This document shows, one piece after another, positions 1 through 10,660 of a stretch of 64,000 nucleotides of DNA; within the stretch, counting starts at the first letter, position 1, and every line of letters starts with the position of its first letter. Origin of the DNA: an uncultured Chloroflexia bacterium (GTDB lineage Bacteria; Chloroflexota; Limnocylindria; QHBO01); the NCBI GenBank assembly GCA_963825525.1, contig CAWGTN010000002.1, positions 1,312,001-1,376,000 of the forward strand, written 5' to 3'. The notes under the pieces were generated by a model, which saw nothing but the letters and a program-made list of their open reading frames with translations, was not told the DNA's origin and did no database searches. A program made the position numbers and the translations under genes.

Positions 1-486
1 TCCGCACTCGATGTCTCCGTCCAGGCCCAGATCCTCAACCTGCTCGGCGACCTCCGATCCGCGCACGGGCTCACCTACCTCCTCATCTCCCACGACCTCG
101 GGGTCGTGCGACACCTCGCCGATCGCGTCGGGGTCATGTACCTCGGCCGCATGGTCGAGGAGTCGCCAGCCGAGTCGCTGTTCGCCGATCCCGGCCACCC
201 ATACACGGAGGCCCTGCTCAGATCGGCGATCGAGCCCGGCCGACGTGACGGCGCCGACGATGGCGCCGCGCGGGCGCCGATCGGCGACATTCCGTCGCCG
301 CTCGATCCGCCCACCGGCTGCCGATTCCATCCGCGCTGCTGGCTGCGCGAGCAGCTCGAGCATCCGGCCGTCTGCGCCAGCGACGAGCCGGTCCTGAAGC
401 CCCCGCTGGACGGCGGCGAGCGCCGGGCCGCGTGCCATTTCGCAGATCACCTACACCCGTCATCCGAATCACGGAGAGCCTCATGA
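1..486 (+). CDS. Oligopeptide/dipeptide ABC transporter ATP-binding protein (5' truncated by window)
   Basis: Frame from base 1 reads [15 protein letters not shown]...[21 protein letters not shown]...HPYT...[16 protein letters not shown] (oligo_HPY C-terminus). Confidence 0.92.
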   Translation, partial: SALDVSVQAQILNLLGDLRSAHGLTYLLISHDLGVVRHLADRVGVMYLGRMVEESPAESLFADPGHPYTEALLRSAIEPGRRDGADDGAARAPIGDIPSPLDPPTGCRFHPRCWLREQLEHPAVCASDEPVLKPPLDGGERRAACHFADHLHPSSESRRAS

Positions 487-1415
487 ACCGTCTCTTCGGC
501 GTCGTCGCCGCCCAGGTCGCCCCCATACCGTTCGACACCGAAGCCACCTGGGCGAAATTCGAGCGAGAGGTTCGCCTGCTCTCGAGGCTGAGCCCTGAGC
601 TCGACCTCTACGTCTTTCCCGAGCTCTACCTCACCGCGACCGGCACCTACGGGGATGACTACCCGCCGGGCTATGAGCGGCGCGTGGCCGAGGAGATCCC
701 CGGTCCGCTCACCGAGCGACTCTCGGCGCTCGCGAGGGCGGTTGGCCGATGGATCGTCCCCGGGTCGATCTTCGAGCGCGACGGCGAGCGGATTCACAAC
801 ACGGCGCTCGTATTCGCGCCGGACGGGACCCTGCACGCGCGATATCGGAAGGTGTTCCCGTGGATGCCGTACGAGCAGACGGACCCCGGGGACGAGTACG
901 TCACGTTCGACATTCCCGAGGTCGGTCGCTTCGGACTCGCCATCTGCTACGACGGCTGGGTCCCCGAGATCATGCGTGCCCTGGCATGGCAGGGAGCCGA
1001 GGTGATCATCCAGCCAACCCTGACGCAGACGATCGATCGCGAGCAGGAGCTGATCATCGCTCGCGCAAATGCGATCACGAACCAGGTGTACGTCATCAAC
1101 CCCAACTACGGACGGCTGTTCGGCACGGGTCGCAGTGTGGTCGTGGATCCCGAGGGACGAATCCTGGCGGAGGGCGGGTCCGGCGAGGAGTTCCTGACCG
1201 TGACCGTCGACCTCGACCTCGTCCGGGCGGTGCGTGAAAACGGCACCGCTCGCCTGAATCCGGTGTGGAAGCAGCTCCGCGACTTCCCGCCGCCACCGTT
1301 CCCGCAGTACGTGAACGGGCGATTCGTCGAGGGCGACATGATGCGCAACCTGGGACCGCTGCGTCCGGAACGACGGCGCGTGGTGGCAGGCGGAAACGGG
1401 GATGGATCCGGCTGA
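483..1415 (+). CDS. Carbon-nitrogen hydrolase (nitrilase family)
   Basis: VFPEL, YRKVFP and AICYDGW supply the E-K-C catalytic triad; ATG overlaps the upstream stop (ATGA). Confidence 0.9.
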   Translation: MNRLFGVVAAQVAPIPFDTEATWAKFEREVRLLSRLSPELDLYVFPELYLTATGTYGDDYPPGYERRVAEEIPGPLTERLSALARAVGRWIVPGSIFERDGERIHNTALVFAPDGTLHARYRKVFPWMPYEQTDPGDEYVTFDIPEVGRFGLAICYDGWVPEIMRALAWQGAEVIIQPTLTQTIDREQELIIARANAITNQVYVINPNYGRLFGTGRSVVVDPEGRILAEGGSGEEFLTVTVDLDLVRAVRENGTARLNPVWKQLRDFPPPPFPQYVNGRFVEGDMMRNLGPLRPERRRVVAGGNGDGSG

Positions 1416-1421
1416 GCCCGG

Positions 1422-2621
1422 CTAGGGCGCGACCTCCTCTGGAACCGGGTCATCTCGTCGTACCCCGGCCAACACAATGAGGGCAACGACCGCCACCGCG
1501 ATGCCGATGGCGCCGATGGCCCCGAAGCCCCACCCGAACCCACCGACATCGGCGACGCCCCCGGCCACGAAGGGTCCGATGCCCAGGCCGGCCGACAGCG
1601 AGGTTCCGTACCCGCCCAGACCGGTGGCGCGCAGCTCCGGTCGAGCAACAGCGCTGATCGTGACCTGCACCAGCATGAGCGTGAAGGCAAGCATCACCAC
1701 TCCCAGCACGAGCACCAGCAGGATTCCGGGGACGCCGGTCTGGAAGCCGAGGATGGCGATGATGCCCGCGTAGCCGCCCGCGCCGATCGCGGCGGCCAGC
1801 GGCGGAATCCGGCGACGATCGATGAGCCGGCCGAGCGGCACGCGCGATGCGGCATTCGTCAGCGACTGCGCGGCGAGCAGCAGGCCGACCGTCCCGGCCG
1901 CCAGCCCGACGCCCGTGCCGAACAGCGGGAACAGGCCGGCCACCGCGCCCCACGGGAGGCCGATTGCCAGGGCGGCCAACCAGGCGCCCACGATCGCACG
2001 CTGGCGCCCGACCTCGAAGACCATGCTCGGCAAGCGGGAGAGCTGGATCCGGGTCCGCAGGCTCGGCGCCACGAACACCGCGCCCACGATCGCGAGGATG
2101 CCGAAGAACGACGAGGCAAGGTAGGTCGGCACCGGTCCGCCGATGTCCCACACCAGGCCCCCGAGGGCCGGACCGGAGGCGACGCCGGTGTGGGTGAACA
2201 GCGTCAGCCAGCCGAACGCGCTGCCGCGCGCGTGGTCGGGCGCGCTGATGGCCACGTAGGCGCTGATGGCCGGCAGGAACAGGGAGGCGGTGATGCCCGA
2301 GAGCACGGCCCAGGCGAACAGCGGCAGGACACTCCCCGTCGAGAGTCCGATGAGGGGGACGAGGTTCACGAGGGCGTTGCCGATGATGGCAATGATCAGG
2401 ACGCGCCGCGTCCCCCACGCATCGGCAACTGCCCCGAAGGGAAGCTGGAGGAAGGCCTGCAGGCCGAATCGCACCGATGCCAGCAGACCGGCATCGGCGA
2501 GCGAGCCTCCCAACAGCTGCACCTGCAGTGGAATGGCGATACCCGACGCCCACTGGCCGAGCATGAACGTGTAGGTGGCCACATACGCCGGCCACAGCGG
2601 TCGCGACTCGTCGTGGCTCAT
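1422..2621 (-). CDS. MFS transporter
   Basis: About 12 hydrophobic segments; motif A-like GAVADAWGTRR and GRLIDRRR. Confidence 0.88.
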   Translation of the reverse strand: MSHDESRPLWPAYVATYTFMLGQWASGIAIPLQVQLLGGSLADAGLLASVRFGLQAFLQLPFGAVADAWGTRRVLIIAIIGNALVNLVPLIGLSTGSVLPLFAWAVLSGITASLFLPAISAYVAISAPDHARGSAFGWLTLFTHTGVASGPALGGLVWDIGGPVPTYLASSFFGILAIVGAVFVAPSLRTRIQLSRLPSMVFEVGRQRAIVGAWLAALAIGLPWGAVAGLFPLFGTGVGLAAGTVGLLLAAQSLTNAASRVPLGRLIDRRRIPPLAAAIGAGGYAGIIAILGFQTGVPGILLVLVLGVVMLAFTLMLVQVTISAVARPELRATGLGGYGTSLSAGLGIGPFVAGGVADVGGFGWGFGAIGAIGIAVAVVALIVLAGVRRDDPVPEEVAP

Positions 2622-3697
2622 CGGCGATCGAGGCCGGCGGCCAGGGCTCCCAGGAAGGCGACCGCGTTGGCCCCGAGCGCCTCGACCGCGTAGCCACCCT
2701 CCTGGAGGGCGATGACCGGCCGAGCGAGCGCGGCGATGCTGGCGCCGATCCTGGCGTAGTCGGCGGTCTGCAGGGCCAGGTTGCAGATCGGATCCGCGTG
2801 GTACGTGTCGAAGCCGAGCGAGAGCACGATCGGCGCGTCGGGATCGAACGTCGAGATCGCCTCGAGGGCCATGTCGAGCGCGCCAAGGTAGCCGTCCCCA
2901 TCGGTGGCGGGCGGGAGCGGAAGGTTGACGGTCGCGTCGATCGCCCTATCTCCTCCTCGCTCCGACGGGTGACCGGAGAAGTACGGATAGATGCCGCCGG
3001 GATCGCCGTGGAGGCTCACGTAGAGCACGTCGTCTCGCTGCCAGAAGATCTGCTGCGTGCCATTGCCATGATGGAAGTCGACATCCAGGATCGCCACCCG
3101 CGACGCGCCGCGCGCGACCAACGACTCGGCGACGATCGCGGCATTGTTGAAGAAGCAGTAGCCGCCGATGAGATTGCGCCCCGCGTGATGTCCCGGTGGG
3201 CGGCACAGGCCGTAGGCGAGCGGCTCGCCTCCGAGGACGAGATCCGCCGCGGTGAGGCCGATGTCCACGGCGGCGAATGCCGCCCCGGCAGTCCCTCCCA
3301 CGATCGGCGTGGCGGTGTCGAAGCAGTAGGCGCCCAGACGCAGGTGGCGCGCGGCCGGCATCGCGTCGAGCGCCATGCCCGCTGCGTAGCCGCCAAGCAG
3401 GAACGTGTCGGGCAGGAGCGGGCGCTCCGGATCCCAGCCGGCAGCGATGGCATCGGCCCAGACGTGCTCGACGAGGTCGATCAGCTCGAGCTCGTGGACC
3501 GCCGCGATCGGGTCCGGCCCATGGGCGGTCGGGGCCACGAGCCGATAGTCGCCGGTGGCCATCAGGGCGTCGAGGATGGCCACTGCCCGCGCCGGTGACT
3601 CGTAGCAGGGCACGGGCTGGCCCCCGACCAGCTCGACCAGACCGTCGTGGGCGAGATGGTCGTCCGAAGCGATGAGGGGAATCGAGATACCGGCCAT
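2618..3697 (-). CDS. Histone deacetylase family / acetylpolyamine amidohydrolase
   Basis: RPPGHHA, GYCFFNN, LDVDFHHGNGTQ, SLGFD, QEGGY; start taken at MAGISIPL within the longer ORF. Confidence 0.92.
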   Translation of the reverse strand: MAGISIPLIASDDHLAHDGLVELVGGQPVPCYESPARAVAILDALMATGDYRLVAPTAHGPDPIAAVHELELIDLVEHVWADAIAAGWDPERPLLPDTFLLGGYAAGMALDAMPAARHLRLGAYCFDTATPIVGGTAGAAFAAVDIGLTAADLVLGGEPLAYGLCRPPGHHAGRNLIGGYCFFNNAAIVAESLVARGASRVAILDVDFHHGNGTQQIFWQRDDVLYVSLHGDPGGIYPYFSGHPSERGGDRAIDATVNLPLPPATDGDGYLGALDMALEAISTFDPDAPIVLSLGFDTYHADPICNLALQTADYARIGASIAALARPVIALQEGGYAVEALGANAVAFLGALAAGLDRR

Positions 3698-3757
3698 GAG
3701 CTGAACGAGAATAGCGACAGGTGCGTATCCTCCGCAGACGCATTGTTCGGAGACCCG

Positions 3758-4714
3758 ATGACCGACGCCCATGCCGGGGCACGCCTGTGGCGGAGCTTGA
3801 GCGAGCAGGTCGCGCGTGCTGTCGTCGGGGGCGAGCCCGCCCTGCGCCTCATGGTGGTGTCCCTCCTTGCCGAGGGACACGCGCTGCTCGAGGACGTTCC
3901 CGGCGTCGGCAAGACACTGCTGGCCCGCTCGTTCGCGCGAGCACTCGGGCTCAACTTCGGTCGGGTGCAGGGCACGCCGGACCTCCTCCCGTCCGACGTC
4001 ACCGGCTCGAGCGTCCTGGCCGATGGCGCCTTTCGCTTCATTCCCGGGCCGATCTTCACCAACGTCCTGCTGGTGGACGAGATCAACCGTGCCACGCCGC
4101 GGACGCAATCGGCGCTGCTGGAGGCGATGCAGGAACGCCAGGTCAGCGTCGACGGCGAGACGCGGCCGATCCCCGCGCCGTTCCTCGTCCTCGCCACCCA
4201 GAACCCGGTGGAGCTGGAGGGCACGTTCGCGCTCCCCGAGGCTCAGCTCGACAGATTCCTCGTTCGCATCGCGATCGGATATCCGGGCGAGGAGGACGAG
4301 CGCTCCATCGCGCGACGCTACCGAGCAGCCGAGGAACCGCTCGATGGCGTCTCGCCGGTCCTGGCGCCTGACGAGCTCCCCGCGCTGCGGGATGCGACCC
4401 GGGCAGTCGCGGTGAGCGCCGAGGTGGAGGCGTACCTGGTGCGGATCGTGCGCGCCACGCGGGAGCACGCCGATCTTCAGCTGGGTGCCAGTCCGCGCGC
4501 GTCGGTTGCCCTGTATCGGGCCGCGCAGGCGTGGGCGGTCCTCGACGGCCGCGACTTCGTGCTGCCCGATGACGTCGCCGCACTCGCGGGCCCGGTCCTG
4601 ACGCATCGGCTGGTGGTGGATGTTGATCGCGAGCTCCGCGGCGCAACGGCCGCCGGCGTCATGAGCGACGTGCTGGCCGAGGTGCCCGTCGGGGTCGGCG
4701 CCGGCATCGGCTGA
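3758..4714 (+). CDS. MoxR family AAA+ ATPase
   Basis: LLEDVPGVGKT, TPDLLPSDVTG, DEINRATPRTQSALLEAMQE, ATQNPVELEGTFALPEAQLDRF. Confidence 0.95.
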   Translation: MTDAHAGARLWRSLSEQVARAVVGGEPALRLMVVSLLAEGHALLEDVPGVGKTLLARSFARALGLNFGRVQGTPDLLPSDVTGSSVLADGAFRFIPGPIFTNVLLVDEINRATPRTQSALLEAMQERQVSVDGETRPIPAPFLVLATQNPVELEGTFALPEAQLDRFLVRIAIGYPGEEDERSIARRYRAAEEPLDGVSPVLAPDELPALRDATRAVAVSAEVEAYLVRIVRATREHADLQLGASPRASVALYRAAQAWAVLDGRDFVLPDDVAALAGPVLTHRLVVDVDRELRGATAAGVMSDVLAEVPVGVGAGIG

Positions 4715-4722
4715 GCTTCACC

Positions 4723-5955
4723 ATGAACGGCTGGACCCTCATCGGACTCTCGATGGTCGTCGCCGGCGCGGTGCTCGGAGCCCCGGGGCTGCTGCTGGTG
4801 GGCGGCCTGACGCTTCTGTCGAGGTGGCTCACCACGCTCTGGTCACGGTACGGACTGGAGTCGATCGGGTACGAGCGGCGCCTCGGGACGAAGCGCGCGG
4901 TGTGGGGCGACGAGGTGCCGCTCGACATCGAGGTCTGGAACCGAAAGCTGCTGCCGGTGCCCCTCCTGACGGCGGACGACCACGTCACCGACACGCTGCG
5001 ACTCCGGGGCAGAGCCCTGGTCGCCAGCGAGCGACCGGGTCAGGGTGTGCTCCAGAACTCGTGGTCGCTGCTGTGGTACGAGCGCGTGATTCGACACCTC
5101 GTCATCGACGCGCGCCGGCGGGGAGCATTCACGTTCGGGCCCATTCGGCTGACGGTGAGCGACCTGTTCGAGCGCGGGACGACGAGCGAGGATCGGGAGC
5201 TGCCGGCCGAGCTGCTCGTGCGTCCGCGGACCGTCCCGGTACGGACTCCCTCGACGGCTCGGGCGCCGCTCGGGTCGGCACGATCGCGAGCCAGCCTGTT
5301 CGTCGACTACTCCCGCTACGCCGGCGTCCGCCGCTACGAGCCTGGGGATCCGCTGCGGCGCATTCACTGGCGCGCGACGGCCCGGGTCGGCACGCCCGTG
5401 AGCCGGCGATACGAGCCCGTGCACGACCGCCAGGTGGTGCTGGCACTCGATCTCCAGACGGTGCCGGGGCCGTACTGGCTCATGATCTTCGACGACGAAC
5501 AGGTCGAGGCGCTGTGCGTGGCGGCCGCGTCGCTCGCTCGACGGCTCCTCCACGACGACACGGCGTGCGGGCTCCTGGTGGGGGCACAGCTGGCCGGCGG
5601 GCGCCGCTGGGCCTACCTGTCGCCGTCCGCCGGCACGGGCCAGCTGGGTCGCATCGAGGATGTGCTGGCCAGGGTGCAGCCGATCGTCTCGCTGCCGTTC
5701 GAGCGCCTGCTCGGCGTCGTCCCGCGACGGCTGGCGCCGGGCGGCACGATCCTCACCCTCTCCGCGCGTGATCCCGAGCCGTACCTGGACCGGCTGCGGA
5801 GACTGTCGCGGACGGGGTATGCGGTCACCCACCTCGCGTTCGGAGATGAGCGTGAGGCGCATAGGGCCACCATGCGGGCTGTGGGCGTCAATGTGAATGT
5901 CGCCGAGCTCGATCGCGGCTGGAGGGATGCCGATGCGCTCGTCCTTGCTGGTTGA
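4723..5955 (+). CDS. DUF58 domain-containing protein
   Basis: VRRYEPGDPLRRIHWRATAR motif; N-terminal TM; follows moxR. Confidence 0.9.
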   Translation: MNGWTLIGLSMVVAGAVLGAPGLLLVGGLTLLSRWLTTLWSRYGLESIGYERRLGTKRAVWGDEVPLDIEVWNRKLLPVPLLTADDHVTDTLRLRGRALVASERPGQGVLQNSWSLLWYERVIRHLVIDARRRGAFTFGPIRLTVSDLFERGTTSEDRELPAELLVRPRTVPVRTPSTARAPLGSARSRASLFVDYSRYAGVRRYEPGDPLRRIHWRATARVGTPVSRRYEPVHDRQVVLALDLQTVPGPYWLMIFDDEQVEALCVAAASLARRLLHDDTACGLLVGAQLAGGRRWAYLSPSAGTGQLGRIEDVLARVQPIVSLPFERLLGVVPRRLAPGGTILTLSARDPEPYLDRLRRLSRTGYAVTHLAFGDEREAHRATMRAVGVNVNVAELDRGWRDADALVLAG

Positions 5956-7276
5956 GCGCACCATCGGCTGGCTGCTGCCGGTCCTCGCCATCGTGGCCGA
6001 GGGCGCGTGGCTGTCGGTCGTGTACGTCGCGGTCGAGACGACGGTCGACGGGCGGATCCCCATTCTCGGCACCCTCGAGCTTGCCGCGGTCGCCGGCCTG
6101 GCCGCCATCGCCGTCAACCGGCGGGCCCTGCGTCCGGACGATCAGCCCTTGACGTTCTTCACTGTCCTCGTCGCCATCGGCGCCGCCGGGTGGCTCTGGG
6201 ACGACCGTGCCCGGTCGCTTGTCATGGCCGGCGATGTCACGGGCGCCATCGGCCTCCATCCCGGCGGTTGGTTGCTGCTGGTGGCTGCCATGCGCGGCGT
6301 CGGCCGTGGCTTCGAGTTCGACGATCGCGCGCTGACCCGCCTGGTCCTCGTCGGGATCCCCGCCCTCGCCCTTCCCTGGACGCTCGGACAGTTGGGTGCG
6401 GGCGACCTGCGCGGGGTGTTCGTGGAGGAGGCCTTCGTCGCCAGCCTGACCTTCATGGCCGCCGGGTTCATGGCGGCCGGCCTGTCGCGCCTCCAGGAGA
6501 TCGGCCGCGAGACGGGGGTCGACTGGCGAACGAACCGATCGTGGCTCGGCACCGTGCTCGGGGTCCTGGCGATCGTCATGGCGGTCGGCATCCCGGCCTC
6601 GTATGTCCTGGGACTCCCGGTCGAGACGGTCGCGCGCGGGCTCGTCGGCCCGGTCTTGAGCCTGATCGGCTACATCCTGCTGGGGCTGGTGTTCATCGCC
6701 TCGATCCTGTCCTTCGCCCTCTACGAGCTGCTGAGCCGGCTGGGAATTGCACTCCCGCCCGCGTTGACGCCCCGCGAGCTGGCGCGACTTCCGGAACTGC
6801 GGGAGTACACGATCGAACAGCTCCAGGGGCCGATCATGACGGTCGCGATCGCCTGGGCCGCCATCGCCCTGCTGGCCATCATCGTGATCCGGGTCTGGGT
6901 GCGGCGCCGGATTCGACGGCCTGTTCGAGGCGGCGGCGAGGAGCGCTCGTTTGCGATTCCGGAACGCTCGTTCCGGTTGCGTGCGCCCCGGCTGCGTGGG
7001 TTCGGATCGGGATCGCGGCGCGGACCGCCGACCGACGCGGTCAGCGCCTACCTCGCCGCCCTCTCCGAGCTCGACGAGCGCGATGCGCCGAATCGGCGGC
7101 GCGAGCACGAAACCCCGCGAACCCATGCCGCGCGCGTCAAGCTGACCGAGATCGCCCCGTTGCAGGCCGACTATGCGCTCGCTCGCTATGGCGGTCGCAC
7201 CCTCACCGCTGCTGAGCACCGTCGCGCCCTCGGCCGATGGCGTCGTCTCCGCGATCGGCTGCGCGGCCTACACTGA
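5945..7276 (+). CDS. Multi-pass membrane protein with probable C-terminal DUF4129
   Basis: Many TM segments; C-terminal AYLAAL...RREHETPRTHAARV...YALARYG; start uncertain (TTG 5945). Confidence 0.7.
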   Translation: MLVERTIGWLLPVLAIVAEGAWLSVVYVAVETTVDGRIPILGTLELAAVAGLAAIAVNRRALRPDDQPLTFFTVLVAIGAAGWLWDDRARSLVMAGDVTGAIGLHPGGWLLLVAAMRGVGRGFEFDDRALTRLVLVGIPALALPWTLGQLGAGDLRGVFVEEAFVASLTFMAAGFMAAGLSRLQEIGRETGVDWRTNRSWLGTVLGVLAIVMAVGIPASYVLGLPVETVARGLVGPVLSLIGYILLGLVFIASILSFALYELLSRLGIALPPALTPRELARLPELREYTIEQLQGPIMTVAIAWAAIALLAIIVIRVWVRRRIRRPVRGGGEERSFAIPERSFRLRAPRLRGFGSGSRRGPPTDAVSAYLAALSELDERDAPNRRREHETPRTHAARVKLTEIAPLQADYALARYGGRTLTAAEHRRALGRWRRLRDRLRGLH

Positions 7277-7282
7277 CCCGCG

Positions 7283-8275
7283 ATGAAGATTGCTCATATT
7301 CGAGAGCGGAATGCTCCCGCCGGCACGCCGTGGCGGCTCGCGGCGGCACTCGATGCCGAGGGCCGGCGTTGGCTGGATCTCGAGGAAGCACGACGAGCGA
7401 TGGTGGCCGCTCAGCCGGGGCGCGCGCACAACAGTGCCCTGTTTCGGCAGCCGATCACGACACTCGATAACGTCCTCGCTGCCGGCATCCGAGTCGACGC
7501 GCTCGGAGACCTGCTCGCCGCAGAGCCCGAGGAGGCGCACGACGCGTCCAGCCTCTCGTTCGGACCCCCGATCCTGGCCCCGCCAACATTCCGCGACTTC
7601 TACGCATTCGAGCGCCACGTCGGAACGATGTGGAAGCGACGCGACATGGAGATTCCGGAGGCGTGGTATCGGATCCCCGTCTTCTACTTCTCGAACATCT
7701 CCGAGCTGCGCGGCCCGGGCGATCCGGTCTGGGCACCCCGCGGCTCGAGCGAGCTCGACTACGAGCTCGAGGTCGCCGCGCTCATCGACACACCGGTCGC
7801 CAACCTCGATGCCGAACGTGGCGAGGAGGCGATCGGCGGCTACATGATCCTGAACGACTGGTCGGCGCGCGACCTGCAGCGAGAGGAGACCTCGGTCCGA
7901 CTGGGACCGGCCAAGGGCAAGGACTTCGCCTCATCGATCGGTCCGTGGCTCGTCACACCCGACGAGATCGCGGACGCACGCAGTGAGAAAGGGTACGACC
8001 TGACCATGACCGCGTCGGTGAACGGGCAGGAGCTGTCGCGCGGCGAGTGGTCCAGCGCGCATTTCAGCTTCGGTGAGATGGTCCAGCGCGCGTCCGCCGA
8101 CGTTCGCCTGCGGCCGGGCGACCTGCTCGGCTCGGGGACGGTGGGCACCGGCTGCCTGCTTGAAATTCGCGACGAGAAATTGGGGCGATACCTGCAGCCC
8201 GGCGACGAGGTGGCGCTGTCGATCGAGCGACTCGGCGAGCTGACCTCGCCCATCATCGAGCGGCCGACACGATGA
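7283..8275 (+). CDS. Fumarylacetoacetate hydrolase family protein
   Basis: FRDFYAFERH, LDYELEVA, NDWSARDLQ, KGKDFA, GSGTVGTGC. Confidence 0.92.
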   Translation: MKIAHIRERNAPAGTPWRLAAALDAEGRRWLDLEEARRAMVAAQPGRAHNSALFRQPITTLDNVLAAGIRVDALGDLLAAEPEEAHDASSLSFGPPILAPPTFRDFYAFERHVGTMWKRRDMEIPEAWYRIPVFYFSNISELRGPGDPVWAPRGSSELDYELEVAALIDTPVANLDAERGEEAIGGYMILNDWSARDLQREETSVRLGPAKGKDFASSIGPWLVTPDEIADARSEKGYDLTMTASVNGQELSRGEWSSAHFSFGEMVQRASADVRLRPGDLLGSGTVGTGCLLEIRDEKLGRYLQPGDEVALSIERLGELTSPIIERPTR

Positions 8276-8775
8276 GCGCATCGGTGGATACGCTGCTGGC
8301 GCGCCTGGCCGCGGCCGAGCGTCGGTTGGTCGAGCACGCCTCGGCGCCCGTGCCGGACGGCCTCACCGAACCCGACCCGGGCGGCCAGGAACGCTGGGAG
8401 GCGGGCCAGGTGTGGGCCCACCTCGCCGAGTTTCCGGCCTATTGGCTGGGACAGGCCCGGTCCATCATCGCAGCGGATCCGGTTGACGTCGTGCCCTTTG
8501 GGCGAATCAAGACCGACCCGGAACGGATCGCCGCCATCGAGCGGGATCGCCACCAGGACCCGCCGGCGCTCCTGGCGCGGGTCCGTTCTTCCGTGGAGGA
8601 GGTCGGCGACGACGCGAGAGCCTGGGATGGCGAGACGTGGCGGAGGCTCGGCTCCCACCCGACGCGCGGCGAGATGACCGTCGAACGCATCGTCGAGGAG
8701 TTCATCGTGAACCATCTCGAGGAGCATGCCGACCAGCTCGACGCGCTGGCCGGCGACGGCAACCCGGTCACCTGA
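8272..8775 (+). CDS. DinB family protein
   Basis: WEAGQVWAHLAE ... HLEEHADQL metal-binding His pattern. Confidence 0.75.
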   Translation: MSASVDTLLARLAAAERRLVEHASAPVPDGLTEPDPGGQERWEAGQVWAHLAEFPAYWLGQARSIIAADPVDVVPFGRIKTDPERIAAIERDRHQDPPALLARVRSSVEEVGDDARAWDGETWRRLGSHPTRGEMTVERIVEEFIVNHLEEHADQLDALAGDGNPVT

Positions 8776-8790
8776 CCGGGAGTCGCGACC

Positions 8791-9273
8791 CTACCGGACC
8801 TGGACCCCGCCAGTCCAGCGAGCTACCTCGGCCTCGAGGTCCAGAGGCAGCACGGTTGCCTGGTCGGCGTATTCGCCCCACGCCTCGCGCGGGACCTCCC
8901 ACATGACCTCGAACTCGTTGCCGTCGGGGTCACGCCCGTAGAGCGACTTGCTCACTCCATGATCGGACATGCCTCCCAGGGCCCCCATTGCGCGCAGCCG
9001 ATCGGCCATCTCGGCCAACGCATCGATCGTGTCGATCTGCCAGGCGAGGTGATAGAGCCCAACCGAGCCCCGCGACGGCCGCGGAGCCTGGGCACCGACC
9101 TCGAACAACCCGAGGTCGTGGTGGTTACCACCGGCCGGTGAGCGCATGAAGGCAGCGCGCATGCCGGCCGGTCGCGTCAGTTCCTCGAAGCCGAACGCCT
9201 GCCGATAGAACTCGGCCGCCGCATCGGCATCTCGAACGAACAGGACGGCGTGATTGAGCCGTGTGATCGCCAT
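8791..9273 (-). CDS. VOC (glyoxalase) family protein
   Basis: LNHAVLFVRD, HHDLGLF, GLYHLAW, DPDGNEFEV. Confidence 0.9.
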   Translation of the reverse strand: MAITRLNHAVLFVRDADAAAEFYRQAFGFEELTRPAGMRAAFMRSPAGGNHHDLGLFEVGAQAPRPSRGSVGLYHLAWQIDTIDALAEMADRLRAMGALGGMSDHGVSKSLYGRDPDGNEFEVMWEVPREAWGEYADQATVLPLDLEAEVARWTGGVQVR

Positions 9274-9281
9274 GACTCGCG

Positions 9282-9893
9282 CTACCTCTGCAGACGCCAG
9301 GCAGAGCTCCAGCTCCCGCCGGTTGCCATGTTGAAGCCGATGTTGACCCAGGCCATGCCCTCGAGATGTCGGGCGCTGCTCAGCGGTCCGACATCGAGCG
9401 GCGTGAAGCCCAGCGACGTCACCAGATCGATCACCGTCTGCTTCGCCTTGGCGTCGTCACCGGCCACGTACCCGTCGATCTCGGGCTTCGGGTCTGCCTG
9501 GTTGGTGGCGAAGATGGTATTGAATGCCTTGACGACATTCGCCATCGGCAGGAGGCGCTGGAGCTCTTCGGCCGCCGAGGTGCCGTCGGTAGCAAGACCC
9601 GAGTAGTCGGCATTGATCGGATTGGTCACGTCGATGATGACGCTGCCGTCAGTCACGCCGGCGATCTCGGCAGCGACCGAGTCGCGCGCCGCATACGGGA
9701 CGGCGAGGATGACGATCTGGGCTCCGTCTGCCGCGGCTGCGGCGTTGGCGGACGAGCCTGAACCGATTTCGGTCGCCGCGGCCTGGGCGGACTCCGCGCT
9801 CGCGGCGGCGATGGTGACTTCGTGACCGGTGCGGATGAGAGATGACCCGAGGGCCTTCCCGACGTTGCCGGCTCCGATGATGGCGATATTCAT
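9282..9893 (-). CDS. NADPH-dependent F420 reductase-like oxidoreductase
   Basis: IAIIGAGNVG Rossmann motif, ILAVPY, IDVTNP, VVKAFNT. Confidence 0.85.
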   Translation of the reverse strand: MNIAIIGAGNVGKALGSSLIRTGHEVTIAAASAESAQAAATEIGSGSSANAAAAADGAQIVILAVPYAARDSVAAEIAGVTDGSVIIDVTNPINADYSGLATDGTSAAEELQRLLPMANVVKAFNTIFATNQADPKPEIDGYVAGDDAKAKQTVIDLVTSLGFTPLDVGPLSSARHLEGMAWVNIGFNMATGGSWSSAWRLQR

Positions 9894-9965
9894 GGTGAAA
9901 TGCGTTCCCTTCGCGTGGTGAGGGGCACCAGGCCCGTCATTGGTTGCAATCGCAACTATCGCAGG

Positions 9966-10007
9966 GGAGTTGGATATTGTCAATAGATGTTGGTTAAGGT
10001 CATAATG
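9966..10007. promoter_or_regulatory. AT-rich divergent promoter region with a small palindrome (TATTGTCAATA) and a -10-like CATAAT
   Basis: Lies between the divergent oxidoreductase and XRE regulator; CATAAT sits just before the GTG at 10013. Confidence 0.45.
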
Positions 10008-10012
10008 AGGTC

Positions 10013-10597
10013 GTGAAACAACCGCGCGGTGCCGCCCGTCCGCGGCCACTCGTCGGCGAGCGCGTGCGCCGGCGTCGGACGGAGCAGAGCATGACCCTGG
10101 CGCAGGTCTCGGAGAGCACCGGCTTGAATGTCGGATATCTCTCGCAGGTGGAGAACGACAAGGCCTCGCCGAGCCTCGAGACGCTCGCCGCATTGGGTGA
10201 TGCGCTCGACGTGCCCATCGCGTGGTTTCTCCTCGACTCGAGCATCGGACCTCGACTGGTGAGAGCCGCGGATCGGCCGCGGCGCAGGATTCCCGGAGGC
10301 GGCACGTTCACCCAGGTCGACGGTGGCATCGCTCGCGACATTTCGATATTTGATGGGGAGATGGCAGCCGGGCGCCGCACGGGGTCTCATGCGCATCCGG
10401 GAGACGAACACCACCTCGTCCTCTCGGGCAGGGTTCGAATCACCCAGGGCGATGCGGTGGTTGAGGCAGGACCGGGTGATTACGTGCTGCTCGACGGCAC
10501 CTTGCCGCACGATGCCGAGACCATCGGCGACCAACCGGCGCGCCTGATCATCGTGTACCCGCGCGGAGGCCACTCGGAGCTGACGCGCAGCGATTGA
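10013..10597 (+). CDS. XRE family HTH regulator with cupin domain
   Basis: MTLAQVSESTGLNVGYLSQVENDKASPSL HTH; HAHPGDE...H cupin. Confidence 0.9.
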   Translation: MKQPRGAARPRPLVGERVRRRRTEQSMTLAQVSESTGLNVGYLSQVENDKASPSLETLAALGDALDVPIAWFLLDSSIGPRLVRAADRPRRRIPGGGTFTQVDGGIARDISIFDGEMAAGRRTGSHAHPGDEHHLVLSGRVRITQGDAVVEAGPGDYVLLDGTLPHDAETIGDQPARLIIVYPRGGHSELTRSD

Positions 10598-10660
10598 CGC
10601 GCGGTGGCAACCCTGCCATGTGGCCCTTCCCTGTTTGGGGTGGTGCGCGACGATGGGGTC

